Position numbers and translations under genes: made by a program. A DNA stretch of 59,302 bases, the filler included, from Sphacelaria rigidula (lineage: Eukaryota), in the NCBI GenBank assembly GCA_964200075.2. It is 6 parts of 6 records of this genome, joined end to end, with 100 filler letters (N's around TTAATTAATTAA, not from the genome) between each part and the next. Parts side by side here need not be neighbours in the genome. Positions count along the whole stretch, not along the records: positions 9,902 to 19,702 come from CAXNAA020007734.1; positions 19,803 to 29,603 come from CAXNAA020007735.1; 4 more parts are not named here. One strand, 5' to 3'. Under the pieces are notes generated by a model. That model ran no database searches, had not been told where the DNA came from, and worked only from the letters and a program-made list of their open reading frames with translations. Positions 13,001 through 23,600 of this stretch are shown here, one piece after another. The stretch's first letter is position 1, and each line of letters opens with the position of its first letter.

Positions 13001-14608
13001 GCATGCAAAACAGAGCGTACACGCAAGGCAAATGCACGCACAGTATGGTTGGCCCATCAGACAGCGTGCAGCGACCCGTATTGCGCGTCATGGTTATACT
13101 AGAAAGCGCAAGGGAATTCGTACACGACCCCAGACGGGAAAATTACTGCGTGCTTCCAGGGCTGAAGCTCATAAGAGGAAGGCGGCGCGTGCACTGCGCC
13201 AAGTTGACAGGGGGATTTAGTGGGATGGACCCCCACGCTTGCCTTGAGCAAACCTTCCGAACGCTCGAGGCGCCTACCCCACTTGCCTGCCGCGAGGCGG
13301 TCTAGCCGAGCCTACGGGCTGCCGGCACACGAGCACGCTTGCGACGTACCAGTACCTGTTAGGTGAGGTTTCCTCCTTCCCTGATGGAAAACAAAGAGAA
13401 ATGGCTTGATTGGCTGATTGTCGCATATGAACATGAACATGACCATGACCACGAAGTCATTCGCGACGTAAAAACACGCACTCGAGGAAACACGAGGAAA
13501 GGGGTGGGGAAAGGAAAAAAAGGAAAAATAAAATATTGCTCGGTACGGCATATATCCGAGGATATTCCGTCGCATGCTGTACCACCATCTCACAGAATAA
13601 AGCACGAGCTACGTTGTGGTAAAAGGTAGTCTGCAACTATAGAACTACAGGCCCGTAACGGAATACCGACGTAATCGGGAAGCCAGTCCCAAATTGAGAT
13701 TTGAAAAAGGGCCACCATGTTCAAACATGATCTAGTGCGTTATGGAGCATAGCATGTGTCGCTAACAGAAGACATGGCACGACAATACGTCCCTCCGGAA
13801 GAGCAAAATGGAGCAAGCGACGAAGCGAAGTAATGAATCCTACCTGCACAACCAGCGCCCCTCCAACGCCGGCCTTATCCATCTCCTGAAGGAGCACAGA
13901 TGGGCTGCTGGTCAATTGCAGCCGTTCGGGAGGAGCTTGGCCCTCTGCATACGGAAACGGATCCTTGCCATCTCCCCACACGTGCAGGTGCGAGTCTGAG
14001 GTAACGGGAAGCAAGTAGGCGGACAAGGAGAGAACGAGGACGATACATCGACTCTTCCGGACTACCACAGCTCAGATGCAGGCTGCGTCGGAAGCCGAAA
14101 AATATTTTCCAGTGGATTTAATATCGACCCATTGGGAAGTCCGACATCCGGGTTGCTCGGGCGCAGCTATCCCATCCTTGCTACGTTGTTCAAGCGTTTT
14201 GACCTGTATTTTCCGTAATATGTCACGGTCCGGACGAATCATTGCCGGTTCGAACCACGAAATCCATGATTTTTCAGGCCTGATTGCTCAACAGAGAGAA
14301 AAAACTTGACCCCTGGTCAAAAAGGTCTCCACGTAATTTTTGCAGACGTCGGACGAGCATGAGTGTGACTCGTGGCACTCGCACTCGTTGGGCTGCTCGT
14401 TGGCCGTGAAAATTAATAGGACGAGCACTCGAGTCATTGCTCGTTGTGGAAAAAATTAATAGGGCGAGCACTTGAGTCATTGCTCGTTGTGGAAAAAATT
14501 AATAGGGCGAGCAGTCGAGTCATTGCTCGTTGCGGAAAAAATTAACTCCTTTGGGACCGGGCCTCCAGAACGACCAATGAGGCTGGTCGGGAATGACGTG
14601 TCTGGCGT
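10035..14608 (-). CDS. amidohydrolase family 2 (TIM-barrel metallo-hydrolase) gene, partial, multi-exon
   Basis: GT-AG exons with compatible phases: 14608-14575 (TPDTSFPTSLI, tentative); 13995-13844 (DSHLHVWGDGKDPFPY...AGVGGALVVQ); 12998-12937 (PINYKFDHSYVLDAIANCPG); 11525-11447 (RLKAMCLANPSL...LHDQ); 11082-10891 (GFCGVRFNPYLW...PVGVMCFKGLGLH...PQTK); 10353-10271 (LIVDHFGFF...LLTLAK); 10083-10035 (YPQVHVKVSAFFRVAT). The HxH metal motif, DH motif and VKxSA motif fit Amidohydro_2. The 3' end is cut by the contig end and the start is unresolved. Confidence 0.9.
11812..12008. mobile_element. intronic repeat, CTCGAGTCATTGCTCG MITE family (copy 1, partial)
   Basis: Homologous to the copies at 12716-12917, 14345-14545 and 15385-15740. 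Confidence 0.7.
12424..12635. mobile_element. intronic MITE / inverted repeat
   Basis: About 65-bp arms: CGGAGCCGCACTAGCGAATGCAGGGAGTCTGC ... GCAGGCTCCCTGCATTTGCTAGTGTGGCTCCG. Confidence 0.75.
12716..12917. mobile_element. intronic MITE, CTCGAGTCATTGCTCG family (copy 2, both TIRs)
   Basis: TIRs CACGTCGGACGAG ... CTCGTCCGACGTG with two internal units of about 43 bp. Confidence 0.8.
13150..13395 (+). repeat. dispersed repeat, possible 3' end of a non-LTR retroelement
   Basis: Clear homology to 44330-44563 (GCCAAGTTGAC.GGGG.ATTTAG, GCCTTGAGC, GCGGTCTAGCCGAGCCT, GGTGAGGTTTC). Both copies end in an A-rich tract. Confidence 0.65.
14345..14545. mobile_element. CTCGAGTCATTGCTCG MITE family (copy 3, truncated)
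   Basis: Left TIR ACGTCGGACGAG followed by three tandem units of about 43 bp. Confidence 0.7.
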
Positions 14609-15384
14609 CTGCACGAAACAGTGGCATGTTGCTGAAAATCCGCATTGTAACGGCAGGGTTATGACGCAGACCGAAAGTTTCATCCAATCTATTTTCAGGT
14701 GCAGGGTGCGCATTAGATAGTGAACATCTGATGTAGTAAGCAGTAGTACGTGTCGCCGTACAATAGAGAGCTTTCAACAGGATGCGGCGACCGGCGGGCC
14801 GCCCGCCACTTGTGGCTTTGGATTATATTATTGTCCCCATCACCTTTCCACACAGCCCTTTGTGGTCGGGGTGGGCCGCCATTTCCCTCTTTGTTGCAAG
14901 CGGCAAAATATCTTGGAAGGATATGGGCGTTGCGGTGCACATACATACGACAGTACAAAACAGAGCAGTACGCCACTCCGAATGCAGCAGCAGCTGCCGC
15001 TGCATACTCCCTTGCGCGTTCTGGGCAGTTCTCAGCGACAGAGATAAGCTACCTATACACAGCTTGTTCATCCCCGTCCACTACATACATGTTAACTGCA
15101 CACTGCAAGTCATCGGCAGGGGGATGAGCAGAATTCATGACGGTAGCTCCTTTTGTATTTCAACGGCCCACCTGGGTTCAGTGCCTCGTGAAAGTGACCA
15201 CATTGTGGCATGTACACTCCTTCCCGGTTTTTCCCACTCCACTCTATGTTAGTGTAACTACTACGTTTTAGTATAGGCTGGCGACCCCAAAAAACTCCTG
15301 TGAAATCCCGGGAACGCTACGATACTGAATGCAAGTAATACGATAAGCCATGCTCCGAGCATCCTGACTTTAATAACCTGGGAA

Positions 15385-15740
15385 GACTTCATACGTCGGA
15401 CAAGCACGAGTGTGACTCGTGGCACCTGCATTCATTGGGCTGCTCGTTGGCCGTGAAAATTAATAGGGCGAGCACTCGAGTCATTGCTCGTTGTGGAAAA
15501 AAATAATGGGGGGCGAGCACTCGAGTCATTGCTCGTTGTGGGAAAAACTAATAGGGCGAGCACTCGAGTCATCGCTCGTTGCGGAAAAAAATAATAGGGC
15601 GAGCACTCGATCGAGTCATAGCTCCTTGTGGAAAAAATCAATAGGGCGAGCACTCGAGTCATGCTCGTTGTGTTTTGGAAAAACACCCACGAGTGCACTC
15701 GTCTAAACGAGTAATGACTCGTCCGACCTGTGAAAATTTC
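15385..15740. mobile_element. CTCGAGTCATTGCTCG MITE family (copy 4, five internal tandem units)
   Basis: TIRs TTCATACGTCGGAC ... CTCGTCCGACCTGTGAA enclosing five units of GCGAGCACTCGAGTCATTGCTCGTTGTGGAAAAAA.TAATAGG. Confidence 0.8.
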
Positions 15741-15770
15741 GCCCTCATCAGATCGATTCCACCGCCCCAT

Positions 15771-15918
15771 TTTTCCGATCGAAATTGTGCGGTGGAAAAC
15801 AAGAATCCCGATCTCATGGGTCGTGATTTCAACCATCGTCGAAAATTGTGAAGATGGCTGAAACCACGACCTATCAGATCGGGATTTTTGTTTTCCACCG
15901 CACAATTTCGATCGAAAA
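15771..15918. repeat. near-perfect inverted repeat (about 65-bp arms), probable small MITE
   Basis: CGATCGAAATTGTGCGGTGGAAAACAA.AATCCCGATCT ... AGATCGGGATT.TTGTTTTCCACCGCACAATTTCGATCG. Confidence 0.8.
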
Positions 15919-15927
15919 CTCATGTGC

Positions 15928-15988
15928 TGAGACAGGGCATGAGCCAGGGCATGAGACAGGGCATGAGACAGGGCATGATGAGACAGGC
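15928..15988 (+). repeat. 12-bp minisatellite (GAGACAGGGCAT)n
   Basis: Four to five tandem copies are visible. Confidence 0.85.
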
Positions 15989-16126
15989 CGTCATGGTGAC
16001 CCCCATGAACAAGCGAACAGTCTGTCTTTTTGTCTCTTGTATTCCTTTCTCTTCGTTTTATTTTTTTTATTATTTTCCTTTCATTTTCTCTTTTTGTCTC
16101 CTCCTGTTGTTTCTGATCACGAGCAA

Positions 16127-16268
16127 CAGTGTTTTCGTGAGATTGAGAATAGATGATACGATTGAGAGTGAAAAGCGGTCAATCAGTGAATGNNNNNNNN
16201 TCACTTAAAGCGAATGATCAAAGCCACTCTCAATCGTATCATCTACTCTCAATCTCACGTAAACACTG
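16127..16268. mobile_element. hAT-like element ends (CAGTG termini) flanking a small N gap
   Basis: CAGTGTTTTCGTGAGATTGAGAATAGATGATACGATTGAGAGTG ... CACTCTCAATCGTATCATCTACTCTCAATCTCACGTAAACACTG. The same terminal motif occurs alone at about 6936-6979, 27818-27862 and 58966-59011. Confidence 0.65.
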
Positions 16269-16521
16269 TTGAGCCGGATTGTTGTAGTCAGCCACGTAAT
16301 GCGAGATAATCATCTCTCGGTGTGTTGTTTGTATGTGTGTTGGAGTTTTTGTATGTGTGTATGTGTGTATGTGCGTTGTTGTCGCTGGTTCCTTTCTTTT
16401 TTTCTTTCTGTGGCTGTTGCTCCTGTCTTTCTTCTGTTCCCTTCCTTTTTGCTTATTCTGCTCTTTTTTTGCCGCTCCTGACCACGGGCTGGATTGTTGC
16501 AATCAGCTACTAATGTGAGAA

Positions 16522-16524
<3 letters not shown>

Positions 16525-16552
<28 letters not shown>
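16525..16552 (+). repeat. (CAAT)n microsatellite
   Basis: About seven tandem copies. Confidence 0.9.
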
Positions 16553-17599
16553 TAGTGTGACATGATAGATCTTTTCTCGCGCCCTTTGCCGTGGCGCTGG
16601 TGGTGAAAATGTTCCTTGGCTACTCGTGGGCCTTCGAAATGTTTTGAAATTAAAAATGCGAATTCCCGACTCAATCTGTACCCGATCTCACCACGAGTCA
16701 AACGTTATTCCCCGTCATTAGCTAGGGAATCTAACGCAAAAAATAAATTGAAAAACGGTTTTTATGGAATCGACTTATACCCCAAAACGCGGTATTTCCA
16801 TTATGTGGGGTTTGGGTGTCGTGGGATTCCCAGTGGAATCTGATATTTTGTCGCACCCCGGTGATGTAATGGCGCCCCGCCCCGGTGGTGTAATGGTCCG
16901 ACTGCCGCCATTAGGGTGGAAAGAACGAGAATTCGATTCCCGATGCGTTGGGTTCTTTCTCCGTAATATCTTATACCCACCGTGGAAAGCGTGAGAACAT
17001 GAGATAACAAAGTAGTCGACTGAGTTTGTTTGATTTAAGTTGACGCGGTGCAGGAGTGCTGATAGTCATGACCCAATCCGCGAAAGCAAAATGCAAAGAA
17101 AGCGTGTACCGGGGGAGAGATGAGATGATTCCTTGAGGTCACGGACTCGTCCTGAGGAAAGGGAGGGGTTCAAAATGCGACAAAAAGAAAAACTTCAGGT
17201 ACGTGACGAAGACCCATGAAGTAAGTTGACGTTTTCCCTTGTAACCTTCGTAGGAAAGCTTCGACCATCCTCAAACTTGGCAGTTTGCTAGATACGGGTG
17301 CTACGACGAGTAGGGGGGAAAACATTCAAGAATATTTTGAAGACTTTCCGCTCTCTACCGGCTTCCGGGGGTCCCAGTGTAAAGACCCTCGGAAGCCGCT
17401 ACAGGTTTCTTCGAAATGAAAATATCAAATTTGACTCGTCCCGAGGTAGTCCAAGGAACGCTTGTACAAAGTTGAATTGCGTAACTCAAAAAGTTTACCA
17501 CAAACGGTCGATGTAAGCTCAAGCGCACAAGGGAAACGTCCGTAGCATATTATAACCAAGTAACTAGGGGAATTCCGCGTGCAGTTGTATAGTTTAACC

Positions 17600-17895
17600 T
17601 ACACACGGGCGAAGGTTCACGCCGATTTGCGAGTTAGACTCTGAAATTTTGCACACGGGTGCTCTGAGATATTTAGAAAGGCTATGTGACTGTGGCCTTT
17701 CGATGTTTTTTCCGCCAGATATCCGGGGTGCCAGGAGGCGGTGTCTGACGACCGCCTCCGCCTCCTGGGACTCCGGATATCTGGCGGGAAAAAAACATCG
17801 AAAGGCCACAGTCACACAGCCTTTCTGAATATCTCAGAGCACCCGTGTGCAAAACTTCAGGGTTTAACCCGAAAAAACGGCGTGAGCTTCCGCCG
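17600..17895. mobile_element. fold-back inverted repeat / MITE
   Basis: The core at 17641-17860 has about 100-bp near-perfect arms (CTGAAATTTTGCACACGGGTGCTCTGAGATAT ... ATATCTCAGAGCACCCGTGTGCAAAACTTCAG), with a weaker outward extension. Confidence 0.8.
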
Positions 17896-19236
17896 AGGGG
17901 TAAATTCCGGTCGTTCACCCTGAACCATCCTGTATGCGCCTTTGCGCAAAAACAGCCACCCCATCTCTGCACAAGAATCTCGGGACAACTTTTACCCGAA
18001 AGTTCTGCCCCCCATTTACCCATCTATCTCAAGGGGAACAAGCGGAGTGGCTTCACTGCCCATACTCGCGAAGCTCGAAACCACAAACAAATATGCATCG
18101 CCCCGAACACACACAGACGCACACAAGAGAGAGATAGAGCTGAAATGAAGAGAAAATAACGGACAATCTGTCTCTCTGTCCTTATATCTATCCGCAACGG
18201 TACTATATCTACCTGTACCGAACACAAGGCAACGTACACCTCAAAACGCACCACCCGGGATAACATTTCTCCCAGCATCCAATTGTGTCTTTAGAGCAAC
18301 GGAAGAAAATCCAACTCCAAGTGAAAAAATCAAGAGGAGACATGACGAATCACTAGGAGGCTCGTAGCCACAATCCTCAGGAGACACAGCCACAAAAGCC
18401 TGTTTCGCCCGAAAAAAGATCGGGAGAGTGGAATGGGGGGGGCAGAGGCTACGCAGGCTACTGTCTTATAATCCACCATATCTCAGTTGTACTAGGTTAT
18501 CATCCTCGGAAAAAAAACGCCTGAGCACGACTTAGGCTGCACAACAACCCATGTCTGCTAGCCACGTTTGGTGGACAAATACACCGTCCTTTAACATGTG
18601 GAACAGCAAAAATGCACAGGAACCTGCACTGCAATCAAAGCTATGAATGATAGTGTGGAGAGCACGCTCCAGACGTTCCTCAGGTTCCGTAATGCCGGCC
18701 CCCCAGACAAAAACTAAGCAGGTCTTCATTCTCCATGACATTGTTTCAAAACCTTGGCATGTCAAAAGAATTATCTTCAAACCTACCCCTGTAAATACGA
18801 AAATTAGAGTAAACTCAAACAAAATATGTCGCTCTCAAGGCATTTCTTCTTGTATTATTTTCATTCTTTGACCGACCGCCTGAGTGGTTGGGCAATCTGA
18901 TGACTCGGAATCATCTCCCCTTGAAAAAGGGTGCAAAAGACCCCCCCCCCCCCCCCCAAAAAAGCACTCACCTACCCTGGCAGCAAAAGATATCCAACAC
19001 CCTCAGCCGCGCACGTATGTGTGTGTGTGTGCGTGTGTGTATTCATTTGCTAAATCGGTTTCGTAGTTCCTTGAAAAAATACCTTGCCAGAGTTGAGTGT
19101 TTTCGTTTGTCGGCGCTCAGAACGATTATTCTCAAAGTGCAACCAACAACCACACCAAGACTCAACCACAAACCTTCCTCGCCGCCTACCACCCATCCGA
19201 CGCGCCCCTACTTGAGTGCGTCCCACCCAGCCGTAC

Positions 19237-19600
19237 CTGAAGGCGAGGCACTATAGCACCGCCGCCCTGCGAGCCCCGCGCTACGCTCCCGTTGCTGTTG
19301 TTGCTGCTACTGGCAAAGCCACCCCCTTGAGAGGGTTTCTGTTTTTTGGCGCCTGATGGAGCTCCGCCTGCTGCTGCTGCAGATTCCGCTGCTCCCTCGT
19401 CTATTTTAAGCTCGAGAAACTTGGACACCACAATGTTTGCGGAGTTTCGCGCGGCGAGGCAGCGGCCGAGGAGACGTGAGCAGGTTTGCCTCTCCATTGC
19501 TGCTGCGGTGTTGTTGTTGCTGTTGTTGTTGGTTGAGGCGGACGGACCGAACGTTACCCGACTGAGGGTTTGAATCCATTCCGACATGAGCGGCAGGATC
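19237..19600 (-). CDS. internal exon of a UVSSA-like (UV-stimulated scaffold protein A) gene
   Basis: A 364-nt open exon bounded by CAG/ and /GTACGG. ILPLMSEWIQTLSRV...LLGRCLAARNSANIVVSKFLELKID resembles the helical region of UVSSA as recalled (FLPAVCSWIQRFTRV...LKRAIDLKAELELVLRKYKELDIE). Similarity judged by eye only. Confidence 0.5.
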
Positions 19601-19702
19601 CTGTGATGGTTCCGCAAATGGCAGACGGAGCACAGGGGAAGAAGGGAGGGGGGGGGGGGGGGGACCCATTTTTTGTTTGCCTTTGTGGTTTGCCCATTGC
19701 CC

Positions 19703-19802
19703 NNNNNNNNNNNNNNNNNNNNNNNNNNNNNNNNNNNNNNNNNNNNTTAATTAATTAANNNNNNNNNNNNNNNNNNNNNNNNNNNNNNNNNNNNNNNNNN
19801 NN
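19703..19802. other. artificial contig linker
   Basis: Same N-TTAATTAATTAA-N spacer. Confidence 0.98.
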
Positions 19803-20647
19803 GTGAATCTCGCTCAGGCGATGCACGGCGCGATATCAGGAGTTGGACGCTGAAATTTTGATAGCAGCTTTTCATGATCAAAATGCAGAAGATCACGGGT
19901 CCAGCAAATAAAAAATAATAATAATAAGTAGGAGGCATTTGAAATTTCAGCGTAAACAAGATCATGCCGTGAGTCCAGGAAAAAAAGGAGAATTTGCAGC
20001 TGGACTCGTGAAGCATCAGTTCCTTGGGCGCACAAGGTTTTCCGGAAATTTCAGCTCAAGACTCGTCGAATTCGGCCGTGCGTTCAACATTTTCCGTGAC
20101 GGTGCTGCACCCCAATAAATTCAGTGATGGAAGACTCCAATTATGACGGTCATGAGTTCGCATCCCGACAGATTCTCTTTTATTTTCGTCCGTCGTTGAG
20201 GCAATACACTACGCAGTGCATTTTTTCATTTTTTTTATTATCCAGCGGCCCCGTTTGTCACCAGGTTGGTCTACACTTCACAGTGATATGCTTACAACGG
20301 GTTCATTAGGGGAACTGGTGAAGCTGTGGTGTGAGCAAGTTTTAGCAGCTTTTGAGCTGGCCCAGCTCGTACTCATATCGCGAGGGGGGCGATTCAAATT
20401 TCTCCCACTTGGGAGGCGTTTCTGTATAAGTGCTAGCGCAGCGGTAAAAACACGAATCTTGGAAGGTTCGAAGACTGGTGGAAGCTGTCATTGTCAAGAT
20501 ACCGAATTTCAAAGATTCAAATCAAGGGCCGAAACGGTGAAACTCAGGCGTAAGCTTGTCGATACAACATGGCACAGTTCGAGCGTTTTTACTATTCTAT
20601 CTATTTCTTGTCTGTATCTCTTTTCGTCTAATTTGATACCAATTTAG

Positions 20648-23600
20648 GTATTCGAGGACATGGTGCGTGAGTTGCTGGTGAAGAACAACCACCGAGCCAC
20701 CGTGGAGAGTGTTCCCAGCACGGTTCTTGAAGCGGCAATCGAAGGCAAGGAGAAGGGGTTGCTCGACGAGATCAAGAAGAGCATGACTGACCAGGTGCGA
20801 CGATCAGTGGCATTTCAAAGTCTTTCGCGGGCAGATTCACCCATGAAGAGAGTTGGATGAGATACGTTTCTGCAGGGACGGGCACGAGACAAGTTTTGGG
20901 CATTGGTTTGACCATTCATGTAACCACTTGTTGAAGCAGCGTGTCGTCCCGGTTCTGACGGAGCGGTTTGTTGCTGGCTTTTCGAATTTTTCGGCGGACA
21001 CGTGAAATGTATCCTGTGGACATCTGAAAAAAATCCCGAAAGAAAAACACTTTTTCGCAGGTGGTGGTGTTGATGTTTGTTCTCTGATGGAAGCTTTTTG
21101 CGAACAATTTTGTTTGGAGATCGCGTGATGAAAAGCAGTAGTATGCCGCATCTTTTTGCTTGACTCGCTTTTTCGAGCGCGGCAGGCAGGAGGGTGACGG
21201 GGGACTGTCGAGGCACGGAGTCGTCCCTCAGCTGTAGTTCGCCTCCAACACCCTTCACTTGGCTCGTTTATTGGCCTGTCTGTCGCACGCAGGACCTCCT
21301 TGACGTGATCGAGTCGACAAGGGTGCTGAAGGAAGCCCAGGCCAAGGAAGACTCTCCCGAGGCGAAGGCGACTCTTCCTCAGCTCAACGTGAGGCTAGAG
21401 CCCATTTTCATGTAGTCCCGTTGTTCCTGTAGACGAGGAAGTCTCGGAACCCTTGATTCATTTTTTTTTTTTTCTCAGCGTAATATAGTCCTCTCGCTGA
21501 GCATATTTCATCATTTGAATTGGAAGTTGATGACATATTCTCTCCATGTATGGCACCCTTCGAGGAAATGAATTGCACCACAGTGATGAAAATCGGGCGC
21601 GCCGAAACTGTCCAACTATTGAGATGTTGGTACGATGGGGGGAAGTATCAGCTGTTGGCCGTTGGCTGTTGTTGCCACTGTTACTGCTGGCTCTTCTCTG
21701 GCACACTTGACAGCATCGACCGCACACCCCGACCTAGGTTGACGCGATGAGAAAGTACATATCAGCGGAGGTGATAGCGAAAGCCTACGTCGATATAGAG
21801 TAGCGCAATACTCCGGCGTACTTCCCACCGACAACTCGTGTGCTGTGTCGGAAGAAGCCTTCCACGAGACGAGGACATCCCTCAATTTTGGACACAATGT
21901 TCGGCAGCGGCGGCGTCGTCTCTGTACGTTCACGACAAAAACGACGTTGGAAGTCGTCTTGCTCAGGGTATCATATTTTTACTTTACCGTCACACTTGTA
22001 ACACTACTCCCCGTCCTCAGGACGAGCCCATGGTATCGAGAAACCAATGTTTCTCTTCCCTTGTGGTGTTGTCGCCTCGTACATCCGAGAGAAGCGATGT
22101 TGTCGAGGGGAGTGAAGAGCAACGAGTAGATTGATCATGGATTGAACAAATTTGGTGCTGTACGCTGGCGAATTGTGAAGAATATTTTCTGTGCAAGTGA
22201 CAGATGGGAAAAGGGGTGCGTGGAGGAGGCAGGAAAGCGAGGGACTGACTATATGTAGATGCATATACAAAACAGTACAGAATGAGAAGCTTGCCCGAAA
22301 ATGGTGGTAACGTGTTGGAATATTTTTCAACATGGGTGTTTGAGAACTATTTTTTGTTCATCATGGAATCGAGCACAATTTCAGTTTGATGTAGTTCGTG
22401 TACTCGGTCGTTGAGCCCATTTGCTCTGTAATCCTATGATGTATGCTCTTTACGCTGATTACCATCCACATCCCTGTGTGCCCCATTGCATCGTCTTCTC
22501 CCCGCTGTCTCACAAAAAGGTGGCTGACATCGAACGCGAGGTGAAGCGCATCCCGATTGAAGTGTCCAAGGAGCAGGGCGTGGAGGTCATCACCCACAAT
22601 CTCCCCAGCAGCGGTGAGCGAGGAGTCCCCCACTCTCCCATGGCATGCAATTTTTCTTCTCTTTCTTTTCCGAGACTGGAACATGATCGACGCGCCCATT
22701 ATGTACTAACCTTATGATTAACCGGCAATGCTGCACGAGCAAGGCATGCACTTTCCGCTGTATGACGTTGTACTTCCTTGGACTTGCTTACATACCGTAA
22801 TCGCTCCCCCCTCTCCCTCCCCGAATAACGCACCCCCAGGTATCCTATACGCCGACGTGGGTGTAGACCTGAGCGCCGTACCACTCGAGGACTACCCCAT
22901 CTTGGGACTGTTCTCCAGGGTTATGATGGAGACGGGCACGTCTGAGATGGACCGCGTGAAGCTATCCCGCAGGATCGGTTCTCAGACTGGCGGTGTGTAC
23001 TGTACGTTCCTCGCAGACCAGCCCTCTACTGATGGCGCGGTGGCTGATCCCGGGGCTCTCAAGTCCTACCTGTTCTTGCGTGGCAAGGTGATGTTTCGTT
23101 TGCCGGCCTTCAGTTTCTGGATGAACCATGGTTTGTAGTCTGTAACATGTCTGTGTTCCAGATATATATGATGCTGCAGTTTTCGTTTTGCTGTATATGG
23201 CTTTTTAGTCTTGTTATGTCAGGGCAACGTATATGCTACGTAATTATTTTCGGACTTTTTTTTTCAAATTCTGTCTGCTTGTTAGCTGTACCCATTTATT
23301 TTCACGATCTTTTCTGGGGTTTGCTTTCCTAGGCATGCCTGATTGGCTCTTTTTTTTTTTAACGCACGTGGACGCGCCTGATGTATAATAAAATGCGTTC
23401 ATGTTGAGTTGTTGCCCGGGGCTTCGGTATGTTCCGCGAAGTATTTTGAAGTGTTGATACTCTGATGGTGATGAAATATGCGCGTGGAGGCTACTTTCGA
23501 TTATGACTCCGAGAGTGAAGGACGCCTGAGGGTGAAAAGTTGACGCTAAGAATGCTGTACCCTCTCCACTTCTTGTGCCTGATACGAATAAGCGGCACAT

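Noticed and set aside
15465-15680. CRISPR-like array of palindromic repeats
   Set aside because: The intervening sequences are about 12-bp near-identical A-tracts rather than unique spacers. The array lies inside a TIR-bounded element in eukaryotic DNA and there are no cas genes.
16853-16950. tRNA gene (GGTGGTGTAATGGT ... TTCGATTCCC)
   Set aside because: A and B box remnants are present but the acceptor and anticodon stems do not pair and the 5' part is duplicated. At best a decayed tRNA-derived repeat.
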